The notes under the pieces: generated by a model
The model's input: only the letters and a program-made list of their open reading frames with translations
Told to the model about the DNA's origin: nothing
Databases searched by the model: none
IMG/VR virus record: IMGVR_UViG_3300013713_000001
Location: 96,001 to 160,000 of that record
Direction: 5' to 3' (one strand)
Origin: a virus
Lineage: Duplodnaviria > Caudoviricetes
Length of the DNA stretch: 64,000 bases
In this document: positions 1 through 9,988 of the stretch, one piece after another
How positions within the stretch are numbered: position 1 is the first letter of the stretch
Layout: the number at the start of each line of letters is the position of its first letter
Position numbers and translations under genes: made by a program

Positions 1-1875
1 CAGTGTGACCACCCCTTCGGCATACCCGAACGTCGAATAGGCGCGGTACCCGTTTTCAGTTGTGAAGACCAGGGAATTAAAGCCGAAACCACCCGAGCTT
101 TTCGAGGCAAAGACGGTGAGTCCTTGAGGGACATTGTCCAACTTCGGATATGGAACCACGTTAGTTGGAAGTCTAACCCCGAAACGTGAACCCACCACGC
201 TTCCAACAACATCCTCGGAATCCCACGTAAGCTCCGCCCAACGGTACACACCCATCGCACTGTCAAGTCCATATACCAGATACTTAGTTGTCTCGTTGAG
301 GTTAGTGATTGGGATGATGCGTTCAGGCACTGCACCAAACGGACTGTGTCGTGCTGGGGCATAAAGTTCGGTTCTCACCGCTTTGGCCTCAATACGACGA
401 CGGTTCGCCTCCAACCACGATTGGAGGCCGGTGTACTCGGAACGGTAACGCTTGACCCGGATCCCGTTACGCACTGACACTGCACGCAGGATATCGCCCG
501 TATCAAGAACAACACCTGGCAGGTTACCCGGGGCATTGAAGTCCCAGATGTCAGCTACCGTGACGTACTCGGCATTAGCAGGTGGGGCGAGCGCACTGTC
601 CAAAGCGACTGGGTTACGGGTCCCTAGTTGGGTAACGGTTGCCGTTCCGCCAGAGAGCAACGTACCGGGAACGATAGAAACCATAAAGCCAATGGTCAGG
701 TAGTTCGTTACCCCACCACCGGTCACGATCACTGGAACCGTGACGTACATCCGGATCTCGTAGTTCTCCGAGGCCCACATCAACGAGACATTTACCTGAG
801 GGGAACCATACTGACTGCCGATCTTGATCGACTGTCCCGATGCCAGGGTAATGAACTTGCGAATGTCGTACCCGTGACCGCCCTGCAGAGACGCCTGGTA
901 AGGCGCTTGCCCGATCTTGGTGTAGAGGGCCTGGTAAGCACTCGTCACCGCGTCCGTCAGCGTAGGGTCAGTCTCAAACGCGTCTACCTTGAAGAACTTG
1001 TGCAACAAGGTAAAGTTGAAGTTGTCGTCAATGCGCCCAAGTACCGACAAGCCCTTGTAAGCGGTCCCCACAAAGCTGTTGTACAGGAGGAAGTTACGAG
1101 GACCGGCTGGGTTCCCAAGGGCATCCTTGTAGACAAAGATCTTTTTCTCCGCAAGGGGCTTGAACAAGGAGACCTTATTGTCAGACGTTACCCCACCTAC
1201 GTTGTTCCAACCACCGGCCAGTAGTCGAGACTGCAGGTTTGGGATCTCTGCTAAACGCGACGCTTTACGGGCTTTAGCAGGCCCACTGAGAAACGCCGTA
1301 TCGGTCTGGTACGTCCCACGGTCAGACTGCGGGGAATAGATGACCCGATCCCCACTAAAGGCCATGGCCACAGGAAGCCCCGAGTTGAAGTAGCGTACAC
1401 CTTGAACAACTGTGGGGACCAACGTTGGGAACTCGTTGACGTAGTAGTACGAGGCGACCTGCAACACGTCGTTCAACTGGTAGTCGGTCTCTACCAGGGG
1501 GTTGTTAGCATTTCGAGTAATAAACGCTTGCTTGGCCCCTTGAGGTGTTACATACGCACTGACAGGCGAAAGGTTGGTTTGTTCAGCCAGCGTCGCCGTA
1601 CGGTAGTTGTCTTTCAGACCAAGTCCTACGCTCCCCTTGTTCTCACCGTGCACCGGTCCGACTTTGTTCAGGTGCTCGTCGATCGGGACCACAACGTCAG
1701 TAATGAACTTGGCCAGGTTTTGACTGAAGAGAAGAAGCGAATCTTTCGTCCCTCCGTTAAAACTCGAAATCTTTTGCTCTACGGCATAGGTCATCTCGTC
1801 CAGTTTAAGGAGTACTTCACCGAACCGTGGTTCTGGGTTCTCGACAAACGGCGGTTCCCCACCATGAATAATCAT
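1..1875 (-). CDS. Virion tail/baseplate fibre-like protein, 3' end runs off the window (absent from ORF track)
   Basis: Manual translation from ATG at 1875 (GGAG upstream): MIIHGGEPPFVENPEPRFGEVLLKLDEM..., open to position 1. Contains HLNKVGPVHGENKGSVGLGLKDNYRTAT, a motif shared with the next three genes. Confidence 0.75.
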   Translation of the reverse strand, partial: MIIHGGEPPFVENPEPRFGEVLLKLDEMTYAVEQKISSFNGGTKDSLLLFSQNLAKFITDVVVPIDEHLNKVGPVHGENKGSVGLGLKDNYRTATLAEQTNLSPVSAYVTPQGAKQAFITRNANNPLVETDYQLNDVLQVASYYYVNEFPTLVPTVVQGVRYFNSGLPVAMAFSGDRVIYSPQSDRGTYQTDTAFLSGPAKARKASRLAEIPNLQSRLLAGGWNNVGGVTSDNKVSLFKPLAEKKIFVYKDALGNPAGPRNFLLYNSFVGTAYKGLSVLGRIDDNFNFTLLHKFFKVDAFETDPTLTDAVTSAYQALYTKIGQAPYQASLQGGHGYDIRKFITLASGQSIKIGSQYGSPQVNVSLMWASENYEIRMYVTVPVIVTGGGVTNYLTIGFMVSIVPGTLLSGGTATVTQLGTRNPVALDSALAPPANAEYVTVADIWDFNAPGNLPGVVLDTGDILRAVSVRNGIRVKRYRSEYTGLQSWLEANRRRIEAKAVRTELYAPARHSPFGAVPERIIPITNLNETTKYLVYGLDSAMGVYRWAELTWDSEDVVGSVVGSRFGVRLPTNVVPYPKLDNVPQGLTVFASKSSGGFGFNSLVFTTENGYRAYSTFGYAEGVVTL

Positions 1876-1894
1876 AGACGACTCCAATAAGGTG

Positions 1895-1915
1895 AGGGGA
1901 GGGGTTACCTCCCCT
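1895..1915. terminator. Intergenic GC-rich hairpin
   Basis: AGGGGAGG-GGTTA-CCTCCCCT between two minus-strand genes; no clear U-tract. Confidence 0.45.
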
Positions 1916-1920
1916 GGTAT

Positions 1921-4900
1921 TTAAGGCAACAGTTCGCTGGTCTTCAAGAAAGCAAAGGTTCCGTCATCCTGAGGGAGACCTGAACTCACCGGAATGATCC
2001 CGCCTTTCCGCACATAACTCAGTTCATAATCCCCTACCATAAACGGCTGAGCCCGCTCAATCAAAAGGATCTGGGTCAGGTTAGTGGTCACCGTTGCAAC
2101 ATGGAGCATCGAGTGCCCAGTGCGCAACTCTAAGGTCGACAAGATGTATTTCGGCTTGCTTCCCTCGATTGTTACGTAAATGTAAAACTTCTTGTTTCGA
2201 GGATCCGGGTCAATATCACGGAGGTCAATGGAGCCCCCTTCGACCTCGTACATCGTTCCGTTGATCATTACCGGAACACTGTCCTGGAAGAACAGGGACC
2301 AGATGGTTTCCGGGTAGACCGTTGGGCCAATAAACCATTGGACGTCGCCAGTGGCTGGATCTGTCTTGTGGAACAGCCGTGCCGCGCCTCCGGTGTAATC
2401 GTAGACCTGTGGAGGGTAGGGTTGGATTGCCACGTTTTCAGCACTGTCCCCAGACAGCCGAACATCCGCCATCCCAACACGGGGAATAGGGGCCGTCAAA
2501 TCCACCTGGCTCCAGCCTGCGGTTTGACAGTACACCGACTCGAACTTCTTGGTAGAGAGGTCAATGTCGAAGTACATGATCATCCGCGAACGACCCGCCG
2601 AAATCGTCGAATATGGGCTGAAGGAATACACCGCCAGCTTGTTCCCGTCACGGTACAGGTACAGCCCGCCTTTGCACCGGTCGTTTTCCAGACCCGACAC
2701 CCGCATCTCCGGCTGAGTAATCCCGATCACCGCACGGTAAGCGATCGATTGATCCAACACCGTGAAATCGGTCAGCAGGTAAACGTCAGGATGGTCTGCG
2801 TTAGGCGCTTCGAAGGTTGGGGTGAAGAGAACCGTGATCTGCCTTGCAAAGCCACGGACTGGATCATGGAACGCCAGAATGGCAATCCCGAGGTTCAGTC
2901 CTTTAAAGGTTCCACCTGCCGCATCCTGCATGAGGTAGAGACTGATGCTCCAGGGAGCGGGATCCGTATACTCACTTGGGATAAGCGCCAGGAACTTGTC
3001 CATCACCGGTTTACGAGCACCGTAGAAACTCAGGGCCTTGTAGGTCACGGTTTTGTTCGGCTCGTCAAACGTCTTCCCGAAGGTTCTTGGGCAGCTCGTT
3101 ACCACGTTGTTAACCGAAGGCGCTGCAAACTCAGCCAGCTGTGGGAAGCGACCGCCAGTAATCCCAGTGTACCCCATAGCAGAGAACGCGGTAGTTCCCA
3201 TCTCAGTCCCTGCTGCCTTTAACTCAGCATCCGACCCCGAGATACAGATAGGAACTTCTGTGGCCTTTAGGTTGGAGGTGTAGATGGCGTTGCTCAGGGG
3301 TCTCGACATGACGTTTTCCACACTGAGGTTTGTTACCTCAGGGCGTACCGCGTACGGACCGGTTACCTTGCGGAAGTAGGTCTTACGGTTGTTTGTCAGT
3401 TGGTCGACTGCACTGTAGAGTTCGCCGTCATCCTCGTAAGTCATCGACCCGGCTGCAGTACCGCTCAGCAGCGGTGAGTTCACCACCTGGTTACTCATGC
3501 GCAGGTATTCGTAAACGCCGCTGGTCCCGTCCATTGGCTGAGAGAGAACATCGGCTGCACTGGTTCGCCCCCTGATCTTGATCTTGTAGACAAAGGCAGG
3601 GAAGATGTTACCACCGTTGATCGTGGCAATCGCGATCTCACCTGTCTCCAGGATCACCCAAGAACCCGCACCAGTCGTCCCCATCCCGTAGTAGAAGGGG
3701 TTGAAGAAAGCAGATGCGTAGTTGTTACGTTCAGCGAGGGTGTTGTCAGTAAACCCGATGTCCAAGGTCGGTGGATTAAAGACCATTGTAATCACACCAG
3801 TTTTAGGGTTGAACTCCAAGTTCAGGCCAGTCTTGGGCTGGGTCCGAATCAATGGTTGCCCTGAGACGGAACGTTCACATTGAACTAACCCCGAGATAAA
3901 CATGTACCCCGAATCCAGTACCCCTGGTTTAGCACAACTCAAGACCAGACCCCGACCTACCTTGTAGATGTTGGTGGCAGGTTGGCGGAAGGTGAACGGA
4001 CCGTATTTGGAATAACCGCCGCTAGGGGAAGCAGTGGCCTTGAACGGTGCAAAGGCATCAGCGTTGGTAAACTGTTGGCCTTCGTAGTCTTTAAACGTCA
4101 CAGGGACGTGTTCGAACTTCAGCTTTTTCTTTGGGCCTTTAAGGTCGCTCAACGGAATGCGGAAGAACATGTAGTTGTCGTTGCGTGTACCGCTGACACT
4201 GACCACCAAGACTGCGTATTCACCAATCACATGAATCGAGAACCGGTTAACATCAGCCCGATAGGCCGAAGTCATCTTTCCAGCAACCGCTGACATGTCG
4301 AGTTCGTAGTACGAGTGAACCGACCCGTCAAGGGTACCGTTGGTCAGGGTCAGGAAGCAACGTGCCAGTCCAGGGTTACCCACCATCATGATCCGGTGGT
4401 TACTGCCCGCTACCACTACGGTGGGGTTAAACCCGATCGCTTGCAGGCTTGGTGGCTGGTACTTGTAACCGGTGTAGGTAATCCGCGCGTTGCTCGTATG
4501 GAACCCGGGCATCTGCGAGTAGTACAGTCCTTCGTTACGTCCGTCGTTGTGGTTGGTCAGCATCATGAAGATGCCATTACGCTCCATGCACATCGCCGAA
4601 CACGGTACAAGCGAACCCATGCCTTCAAAGGAGCCCGAGATCTGCGGAGGGATATAACTCCCGCCCCCGTAGTAACTGAAGGGAAGTACCCCGTTGCGCA
4701 TGACCAGGTCGCTGTCACGACCGTAATCCTCGGACAGTGCAAGAACACCACCTGGCGTACTGAAACGGTTAGAGGCTACCCCGGCCAGTTCCTCATCCAG
4801 CGTTGCCGTTGGGTTGTTGTCGAGGTTCCCCAGGTCCAAATGGGCCTTAGTGATCCGGTGGGCATTGCCGTAGTTCTTGTCGTGATCGACCAAGCGCTTC

Positions 4901-5505
4901 AACTGCGCAGCCTTAACCGCCTTCAACTGAGCAAAGCTCTCGTCAATCACTTTGTCCGCCCCAGACTGAACACCGGGGTCACGCGTACTGTAATAGTTCG
5001 CGATGTAGTTGAAGAAGAAGGTCAGCTCGTACCAGTCACCGATCTCAGTCTTGATCGAGTGCGAGTGCATACTGGCCGGTAGCGTTGGCGGAACGTTAAA
5101 GACCTTCGACCAGGGAATCGGAAGCTTGCCGTTGTACATCTGACGGAGCCAGTCGTCAATGCTGTTGCGAGGAACAAACCAGGCACCAATGCTCTGGTAG
5201 GTAACCGAAACAAAAGCGTTCTCGTTTCGTACCTTTTCTGACAACTGGATAAAGGAAGAGATGTCTCGACCGGTGATCTCACAGAAGGGCAGAAACTTCC
5301 CCTCAAACCAATAGTCGGTACCGAGCTTGAGAATACCACCTGCTGCGTTATAAACTGTAACCAACTTTTCTTCAGCAAAGAACGGCGTGCCGTTCGGAAC
5401 AATCCACGGACACTCCTTGTCTTTGATCGGTACCTTTTCCCGCAGTACCCGGTTTTCAACACGGGTACCACGTACATCAAACTTAACCGCTTGCAGCTTG
5501 TCCAT
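1921..5505 (-). CDS. Large virion structural/tail-fibre protein of phiKZ-like phages
   Basis: 1194 aa; N-terminal WIVPNGTPFF...IPWSKVFNVPPTLP..H.H, HRITKAHLDLGNLDN motif, beta-rich body; paralogue of 5558..9112. Confidence 0.75.
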   Translation of the reverse strand: MDKLQAVKFDVRGTRVENRVLREKVPIKDKECPWIVPNGTPFFAEEKLVTVYNAAGGILKLGTDYWFEGKFLPFCEITGRDISSFIQLSEKVRNENAFVSVTYQSIGAWFVPRNSIDDWLRQMYNGKLPIPWSKVFNVPPTLPASMHSHSIKTEIGDWYELTFFFNYIANYYSTRDPGVQSGADKVIDESFAQLKAVKAAQLKRLVDHDKNYGNAHRITKAHLDLGNLDNNPTATLDEELAGVASNRFSTPGGVLALSEDYGRDSDLVMRNGVLPFSYYGGGSYIPPQISGSFEGMGSLVPCSAMCMERNGIFMMLTNHNDGRNEGLYYSQMPGFHTSNARITYTGYKYQPPSLQAIGFNPTVVVAGSNHRIMMVGNPGLARCFLTLTNGTLDGSVHSYYELDMSAVAGKMTSAYRADVNRFSIHVIGEYAVLVVSVSGTRNDNYMFFRIPLSDLKGPKKKLKFEHVPVTFKDYEGQQFTNADAFAPFKATASPSGGYSKYGPFTFRQPATNIYKVGRGLVLSCAKPGVLDSGYMFISGLVQCERSVSGQPLIRTQPKTGLNLEFNPKTGVITMVFNPPTLDIGFTDNTLAERNNYASAFFNPFYYGMGTTGAGSWVILETGEIAIATINGGNIFPAFVYKIKIRGRTSAADVLSQPMDGTSGVYEYLRMSNQVVNSPLLSGTAAGSMTYEDDGELYSAVDQLTNNRKTYFRKVTGPYAVRPEVTNLSVENVMSRPLSNAIYTSNLKATEVPICISGSDAELKAAGTEMGTTAFSAMGYTGITGGRFPQLAEFAAPSVNNVVTSCPRTFGKTFDEPNKTVTYKALSFYGARKPVMDKFLALIPSEYTDPAPWSISLYLMQDAAGGTFKGLNLGIAILAFHDPVRGFARQITVLFTPTFEAPNADHPDVYLLTDFTVLDQSIAYRAVIGITQPEMRVSGLENDRCKGGLYLYRDGNKLAVYSFSPYSTISAGRSRMIMYFDIDLSTKKFESVYCQTAGWSQVDLTAPIPRVGMADVRLSGDSAENVAIQPYPPQVYDYTGGAARLFHKTDPATGDVQWFIGPTVYPETIWSLFFQDSVPVMINGTMYEVEGGSIDLRDIDPDPRNKKFYIYVTIEGSKPKYILSTLELRTGHSMLHVATVTTNLTQILLIERAQPFMVGDYELSYVRKGGIIPVSSGLPQDDGTFAFLKTSELLP

Positions 5506-5523
5506 AGTTTCAGCCTTTAAAGC

Positions 5524-5546
5524 GTACGGGGTGGTCAGCCCCGTAC
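5524..5546. terminator. Intergenic hairpin
   Basis: GTACGGGG-TGGTCAG-CCCCGTAC between the two fibre genes. Confidence 0.45.
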
Positions 5547-5557
5547 CTATTCGGTTG

Positions 5558-8500
5558 TTAAGGCAGCATTTCAGTCGACCGCAACCAAGGGATCTGTCCT
5601 TCTACGTTGACCAAGCCAGAAGAAGCAGGAATGGAGTTCCCTCGTTTGATCTCAGAAATGCGGTTCCCGTTAATAGTGAACACGTTGAACCGCTCAACGG
5701 TGAGGATCTGGCTATCCCCAGTAACGACTTTAGCCACCCACACCTGGAACGGACTTTCCAATCGTTTCTCCTGAGAGATCTCGTACTCAGGCACACCGTT
5801 GTTCAACAATGCGTAGATATAGAAGGTCTTGTTTCGAGGATCAGGATCCGCATCCCGTAGATCGACGAAGCCAGGTGCCATGGTGTAAGCCTTGCCGTTA
5901 AAGACCGCCTTGCTCTCCGTTTGGAAGAAGATAAGCCAGCCTGTCTCCGGGTATACCGATCCGAGCATGGGGTTCCATGTGGTTCCCTTAAAGATCGTTG
6001 CGGCGCCGCCTGCCGCCTGTGGGTGCATGATCATTTCCACGACCCCCAGATCAGGGACTACTGCTCGGTGGGCGTTACCGCCGCCGTTACCCACAGCGAT
6101 GTAGGTATCGGTCCCCGTGGTTGACCAGCGCTTGGTCCCTCGGCTGTAGTACTTGAACTGGCCGTACAACTGCAAGGTATCGCCCTGACCAGCCGCGGAG
6201 ACCCCACTGTCAAAGAACCCAGACAGGGTATTCCCATTCAAGTAGTACCCCACCCGCATCGAGCCATGAGCTGGGTAGTTGCTGTCACCGGCAATGTAAC
6301 CATCCCAGCCTTTGCTTGTTACCGAAACTGCCCCCGTTGGGATCGTCTGGTGGATCCGGTTCAGGACCTTGTAATCCGTCACCGTTTTGTGCAAGACGCC
6401 CGAGTAGGTCGGTTCAATGACCATCATGGTGTCACGGCGTTCAGTTGTTCCCAAACGACCCCAACTGATCCAGACCAGGACCGGCAACCAACCAAACTTA
6501 TCTGTCAACGGCCCGGTTGGGTCACAGATCACCACGATGACGTCAGGTGCTTTAAGCATCTCGGTCACCGAGTCCACTTCCCGTTTCAACTCCGCAACAA
6601 TAGCGGCTGGGTAGGTGATGGTGGCGGTAGGGACGATTTCCAGAAGGCCCTTGGCGTTGATCCGAGTGGTGTGAGCACTGATCACCTTGATGCTGTCCAG
6701 GTCTGCAGGCTGAATCCACTCTGCAGATTGATCTGGGAGATCCAGGTAACGACGCGAGGTCCCTACACAGAATCGGAAGTCGCCCAGGTCGGTGTCATAG
6801 TTTGCAAGCTGGCTGCTTGGAACCGTGACAGTAGCGCCGCCGATCTTTGCTTCCCCCCGCACTTCCCACACCTTGTTACTAAGCGGACGAGCCCGGACAT
6901 TGCTAACCATTTTGTTCTGGATGTTCGAACGCGCCGCTAATCCACCTTTCGCTTCCCGGTAGTAAAGTTTGTTCCTGGCCAGTACCTTACCGCAGTCAGC
7001 CGTATAGAAATCACCACCATTCCCGAGCAGGAACGATTTGGGTTTGATCCCGGACGTCAGAGGAGAAACCACCGGTTCAAGCACCTTCTTCTCTTCTGCA
7101 GGGCCCAGCGCGGTGTTCCATTGCCGCGAGAGGATGTCGTAACGACCCTTGGCGTTGTTTGCTTTCAGGTACCACATACCCCGTGGGAAGGAAGCGTAGT
7201 CACCAGTGGAAACGATAAGCGTCCCATCAGGAAGCACCGCCATCCCCTGCCTGTCCCAACCATAGGCCACGTGGTAAAGCGAACGCCAGGTGATAGGAGA
7301 GTTCAGCCAGTCGATGAATGGGTTCGTGAAGTCCAGCAAAGGTTGCGGGGTCTTGTGAAGCAAGTCCATCACCCCAGTCTCTGGATCGAACTCATAGGTG
7401 GCTTCGACCGCAATCTGCACCTGCGAACTGATCGACCCGGACGCATAACTACCAAGGAACGACCCAATGATTTTCATCAGGACCTTTCCTGGCTTATCCG
7501 GGATAGGGGTGGTAAGGCAATGCTGGGAGTAACAGTTACCGTAGATCACCGTTCCTGAGGTCTGCCGAATAGGGAACCAGCAGCGCGTCCAGTTAGGCCA
7601 CGTCCCAACCGGTGTGTAAAACCTGAAGTACTCGGCGTTGGTGCGCTTAACCCCATCAGGGTCCGTATAGGTCAACCGTTGAAGGGTGGCCTTCACTGGG
7701 AGCTGAGCAGCCACGTCAGCCTTTGGAACCCGGTAGTAGTAACGGAACCGTTTCTCCGAGTCACCCACCGCAGCACTGACCAGGGACCTGTTGTTGTAGG
7801 TATGTCCAATGCTGATGTAGATCCAGTTCCCTGCAAGCATTACCTGCATCCAGGCGATGTGATCACTTGCCTTTTGTCCGGTAGGAAGCTCAGTCATCAA
7901 CTCACTGAGGTCCACACGAGACAAGACATGCTTAGCCGGGTCCAGGGAACCGTTGGTCAACCCGACGTAGAAGAGGTTCTTGTCCGCATCAGCCACAAGG
8001 ATCACTTCATCGCCACTGCCTGCTGCGATTCGGTTAACCGTAGCTCCGTCGTTTTCAATCCGCTGGTGGGTGTACCGGTAGCCTGTGTAGACCCGACTCT
8101 TGTTCGACGAGTAGAAGTCTTCGATCACCGAGAAGTACAGACCGTCTACACGTCCGTCAAAACGGTTCTCCAGGAACACCACCGAACCATCCGGCTCCAT
8201 GGTAATCCCCGCGGTTTCACTCAAGCCACCCAGCCCTTCAAAGGAACCATCGATCGAAGGGGGGATAAAGTTGGTGTTACCAAACTGGCTGATGGGAAGG
8301 GTGTCTTTACCAAGAAACTCGTTGGCGTCTACCCCCGTCAACTCAAGGATCGTTTTCAGACCGTCCACTGTCAGATGGAGATCCCGACGACCCGACATCA
8401 ATTCACCCACACCAGATGCCGTAGCAAAGTTATCGACGTTTCCTAAGCCCACCTGAGAACTCAGGATACCGTGGGAGTTATACGACCCCACGTGGTCTTT

Positions 8501-9112
8501 CAGGTAAGTCAACAGCTCCTGCTTGTACAACGCCAGGTAATGGGTAAAGTTGTCGAAGTAACGCTGGATCTTTGTTTGGATCAGCGGTTTGCCCTTGCGC
8601 GACGACAGGTCGCTGATCAGCCCCAGTACGCGAATGGTGTCTTGAAACGCCACCACGTCATAGAGCAAGGAGTGACCATGGATACGTGGCGGGAAGACGA
8701 CAGGTTTCCCTTGCAGGTTGTCAAAGTCGATCATGCGATCGTCTTCAGCCGTTGCCATGATAAGGTTCATCAGTGACGTGTCAAACAAGGTAAACTCACC
8801 CACCACGTCGTAGTCAAGGAACCCTTTGGTAATCTCAGGGTCCTTAAGGTTGATCATGCAGGCTACACCCTGGGCTGCCAGGTTTGTCAATCCAGGCATG
8901 ATCTGGTAGATCTCGAAGTCCTCCTCGGTCATCTCCTGACCGTTCTCAAAGTACAGCCTCAAACTGCTGATAAAGAACGGGGAGTGTTGAGGAACGATAA
9001 CTCGAGTACCGGCACCGGGCTTTACCGTGTCGAACGGTTCACCGCGGATCTGGTTCTCGATGTTCTTGTGCAGGATGTCATCCCGGAACTGCCGGACGAT
9101 TGGAGTCTGCAT
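5558..9112 (-). CDS. Large virion structural/tail-fibre protein, paralogue of 1921..5505
   Basis: 1184 aa; shares IPP.I.GSFEG.G, DGR..GLY.S, LTNG.LD, VYPET.W..FFQ, DLRD.DPDPRNK.FYIY and terminal E.LP with its neighbour. Confidence 0.75.
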   Translation of the reverse strand: MQTPIVRQFRDDILHKNIENQIRGEPFDTVKPGAGTRVIVPQHSPFFISSLRLYFENGQEMTEEDFEIYQIMPGLTNLAAQGVACMINLKDPEITKGFLDYDVVGEFTLFDTSLMNLIMATAEDDRMIDFDNLQGKPVVFPPRIHGHSLLYDVVAFQDTIRVLGLISDLSSRKGKPLIQTKIQRYFDNFTHYLALYKQELLTYLKDHVGSYNSHGILSSQVGLGNVDNFATASGVGELMSGRRDLHLTVDGLKTILELTGVDANEFLGKDTLPISQFGNTNFIPPSIDGSFEGLGGLSETAGITMEPDGSVVFLENRFDGRVDGLYFSVIEDFYSSNKSRVYTGYRYTHQRIENDGATVNRIAAGSGDEVILVADADKNLFYVGLTNGSLDPAKHVLSRVDLSELMTELPTGQKASDHIAWMQVMLAGNWIYISIGHTYNNRSLVSAAVGDSEKRFRYYYRVPKADVAAQLPVKATLQRLTYTDPDGVKRTNAEYFRFYTPVGTWPNWTRCWFPIRQTSGTVIYGNCYSQHCLTTPIPDKPGKVLMKIIGSFLGSYASGSISSQVQIAVEATYEFDPETGVMDLLHKTPQPLLDFTNPFIDWLNSPITWRSLYHVAYGWDRQGMAVLPDGTLIVSTGDYASFPRGMWYLKANNAKGRYDILSRQWNTALGPAEEKKVLEPVVSPLTSGIKPKSFLLGNGGDFYTADCGKVLARNKLYYREAKGGLAARSNIQNKMVSNVRARPLSNKVWEVRGEAKIGGATVTVPSSQLANYDTDLGDFRFCVGTSRRYLDLPDQSAEWIQPADLDSIKVISAHTTRINAKGLLEIVPTATITYPAAIVAELKREVDSVTEMLKAPDVIVVICDPTGPLTDKFGWLPVLVWISWGRLGTTERRDTMMVIEPTYSGVLHKTVTDYKVLNRIHQTIPTGAVSVTSKGWDGYIAGDSNYPAHGSMRVGYYLNGNTLSGFFDSGVSAAGQGDTLQLYGQFKYYSRGTKRWSTTGTDTYIAVGNGGGNAHRAVVPDLGVVEMIMHPQAAGGAATIFKGTTWNPMLGSVYPETGWLIFFQTESKAVFNGKAYTMAPGFVDLRDADPDPRNKTFYIYALLNNGVPEYEISQEKRLESPFQVWVAKVVTGDSQILTVERFNVFTINGNRISEIKRGNSIPASSGLVNVEGQIPWLRSTEMLP

Positions 9113-9122
9113 GCCAGGCCTC

Positions 9123-9869
9123 TTAGTTCAGGTTCAGTTTATCTTGAGCTGCCAAGCGGAAGGCTTCTTTAAGCACCTTCACACTTACCGCGTTGTTGTC
9201 GCTGTTGCCCGCCAGGTCTTCAATCGTGGCCTTAGGGACGTTTGCCGCAAGGTCGAGACCAATAGCCGTCTTATCACCTTTGTGCGCTTCAGGGAGTCCC
9301 TTGGCCATGTGTTGGTCCAAGAGCTCCTTAACACTCAACTCACCGTTCCCCGTGTCAGCGCCGGTCATGACAAGCACGAGGTTCTCAAGACGCGACATCA
9401 TCTCGAGGTAGTCGTAGGTCAGCGTGGCAGGGTGGTCGTGTGGCGGCGCGGGCCAGTCCTTTGGTACATCGGCCAGGTCTGCCCAGAAGGCTTGGCGCGG
9501 ACTGTTGGCAATGTTTGCCACGAGAGTCGCAAAGGCCACCTCGTTAAGGACGAAGGGTGAACCGATTGTGGAGTAGGTTGCCGTCAAGATAGCGGCGATC
9601 GGTTTCAACAGTACAACAGAACCATAGACGTTGCGTTTGTACTTGATCGTGAAGTCGGCAAAGGGGTGAGCAAAGGCATAATCAACACCTGGCTTCAGGG
9701 GTGTCGTACTACCCTGCTTGTAGAGTTTGAAGTCTTTTGCAAAGAACGGTGCATAGCGAGGAGCGAACTCCCGACGGGCGTCATCAGCCGACGGTTTGAT
9801 CGTCTCATTGGCGACGATGCAATCCACGCGCTCTTGAAAGGGGTTCCATGCATAGGTGACCATGGCCAT
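9123..9869 (-). CDS. Virion structural protein (short member of the fibre N-terminal family)
   Basis: ATG at 9869 with GGAG RBS; P..APFF...L..G.DY and W..L..VP..W...PH.H segments resemble the fibre N-termini. Confidence 0.7.
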   Translation of the reverse strand: MAMVTYAWNPFQERVDCIVANETIKPSADDARREFAPRYAPFFAKDFKLYKQGSTTPLKPGVDYAFAHPFADFTIKYKRNVYGSVVLLKPIAAILTATYSTIGSPFVLNEVAFATLVANIANSPRQAFWADLADVPKDWPAPPHDHPATLTYDYLEMMSRLENLVLVMTGADTGNGELSVKELLDQHMAKGLPEAHKGDKTAIGLDLAANVPKATIEDLAGNSDNNAVSVKVLKEAFRLAAQDKLNLN

Positions 9870-9988
9870 CGGACTATCTCCAAAGAAAGACATCAAAGGT
9901 ATTTTATGACTAATACCCCATATAAGAGGTTCCTATAGGGAGCTATAGGGGTCAGGATTTCATAGAATCATCCAGGAGTTTGTCCTTT

